NCBI GenBank assembly: GCA_021613535.1
Contig: CP075493.1
Coordinates: 868,001 to 932,000 of the forward strand
Length of the DNA: 64,000 nt
Source: Adineta vaga
Lineage: Eukaryota; Animalia; Rotifera
Direction: 5' to 3'
The notes under the pieces are model-generated. The model was not told where the DNA came from. It searched no databases and worked only from the letters and a program-made list of their open reading frames with translations. Both the position numbers and the translations under genes were made by a program. The stretch's first letter is position 1; each line of letters begins with the position of its first letter. This document shows, piece after piece, positions 62,277 to 64,000 of the stretch.

Positions 62277-63010
62277 TTAAACAAAACGCCAAGTTATGCG
62301 AACTCGACCTTGATTTCGATTAGCGATTCGATCGAAAGCAGCTGGACTTAAATCAAGATCGCCCTGTAAAAATAAATTGATTTCACAAAATAAGTATGAT
62401 AAGATGGTTTGACTTACGCTTTTGCATCCAGGACAACGATCTACAACACTGACAGTCACTGAACCTTTAGGTCCGTTGACTGAAATACGGCGACCACAGA
62501 GTTTATTATTGTTTGGATTACCATTTGGAGTTTGTGGATCAAAGTCAGGAGAAGCCACAGCACAAACAAGTTCATTGCCACCACTATTTATTCCACAAGC
62601 ACCAAGACCAGCTATAGAAAATAAGAATCATCACATTTCATTTGTTTTTTTTTCTTTTTAAATGACTTTCAAATCACACAAGTAGGTTGAAACTTACGAT
62701 CATAATATGTTGCATCTCCAGAACGTTGATTACCGTTCGATGGTGGTGGATTTGAGCCACTGCGTTTACATGGTCCACTTTTACATCCTTCACCACAGTA
62801 AGCATCCGTAGTGCCACAGTACCCATATTTTGATAAACAGTAGCCTGGTGCACAAGACGCCGAGCGAACAGGACGATTGAAAAGTCGTAATAATTGTTTT
62901 ATATTACTCTTCCCGTCTCGAGACAGATGCTGCTGTTGCTCATAATGCGCATCAAGTGAACCAAGAAGTACAAGAATAAGAACACCAAGAAGACTAAATG
63001 AATAATGCAT
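62277..63010 (-). CDS. Secreted hevein-like chitin-binding (CBM18) + RlpA/expansin-like double-psi beta-barrel protein (3 exons)
   Basis: Exons 63010-62698, 62611-62418 and 62363-62277. Signal peptide, [33 protein letters not shown], then [48 protein letters not shown]. Confidence 0.9.
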
Positions 63011-63607
63011 GTTGATAAATATAAAACTGCTGCAAAACTCTTTTGTTTATATACACAAACAATGTCGCACGTCACCTACGATGGGATAGATGTCATCGAA
63101 GCCGCATATGTGGGTGATGTTTCCCACCTAAAAAGAAACAGAACGAAAAACATTACCTTGCTGTATATGAATCGATGGTAGGTAAAACTGAAGTGTGATT
63201 CATATGTTTTCCCCATCTAATTTATTATATCTAGCAAACAAAACAACCACCTACGCATGAAGATTTTATTTAATTTCACTAATTAATACAATGATGTACT
63301 TTACCGAATGATGGCAAGAACGACCTGTTATATTTTCATCAATCAACTATTTTCGAGTGACTATTTATTACATGGATCCGATGAAGAGTTCTCTAGAAAA
63401 TGGCAGTTTTTCAAATTCATATTTTATACAGGTATTTTACATAACGATAACAGCTTTGTAAACGTCTCAGTTACATCTTTAACATAGTGATAGAAAGGAT
63501 AAATTTCTTTAGAAAATATCGAAATAAGAAAAAGCATGACGGATGCCGGTTTCAATGACACTTCCATTCTTTTAAAAATGCAACTACTGGCGATGTTTAA
63601 AGTGAAT

Positions 63608-63660
63608 AGGGTGTGGGTGGATTTGATATGTAAATATACTAATCACACCCACCCACATTC
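63608..63660. repeat. Inverted telomere-like hairpin element
   Basis: AGGGTGTGGGTGGATTTG ... AATCACACCCACCCACA. Confidence 0.6.
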
Positions 63661-64000
63661 GATATACTCTAATGATGTACGTAAAACTTCAATAGATGGA
63701 ATCCCCTTATACTTTCTTTTCGGAATGAAAGATATTATAGTACAAACTTATCATACGACACAACATATACCAAAGAGATTGTACTCGGACATTTCGATTT
63801 CAAAATTTATAGTTCAAAAGAGTTTGTTTAATTCCTGATGCAGCACCATAGCTGCAAATTGAATAAGTATTTTGCGTATTCTTTTAGCAGAACGAAGTAG
63901 CAGCATATATTAATTATAGAATACGACCGAATAGAGAAGTACTTTAATCAGCTATATAAGAAACTACAAGCTAAACATGATAAAACTAATATATATGTGC

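Overview
AT-rich eukaryotic genomic DNA with short GT-AG introns. The gene content (expanded orphan GPCRs, ART/TPR, F-box/LRR and FG-GAP families, intron-bearing genes of bacterial or fungal type) points to a bdelloid rotifer (Adineta/Rotaria-like); this is an inference, not a database result. The window holds six intronless rhodopsin-like GPCRs (three in a recent mosaic tandem array around an IRG-type GTPase), an intact three-exon NRPS with the architecture of epsilon-poly-L-lysine synthetase (Pls), a RING/TRAF-FABP fusion, an ABHD17-like hydrolase, a 617-bp foldback element, a putative alpha-pore-forming-toxin-like gene, two secreted SPRY proteins, a decayed clan GH-D-like glycosidase, a 16-exon F-box/LRR gene with one repeat per exon (almost invisible in the ORF track), a small Cys-motif gene whose 3' part is almost all NNT codons, an ART-TM-FG-GAP receptor-like gene, a PAN/apple protein, a tRNA-Leu(TAG)-like pseudogene, a large gene with three tandem 2-TM channel-like repeats plus an FG-GAP propeller, and a hevein + DPBB secreted protein. 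About a dozen short inverted telomere-like (TGTGGG/TGAGGG) hairpins are scattered through non-coding DNA. Several genes carry frameshifts that may be real or assembly errors. Best candidates for undescribed biology: the animal Pls-type polyamino-acid synthetase, the concatenated-trimer channel-like receptor, the NNT-codon segment and the telomere-like hairpins. All exon structures were read by hand.
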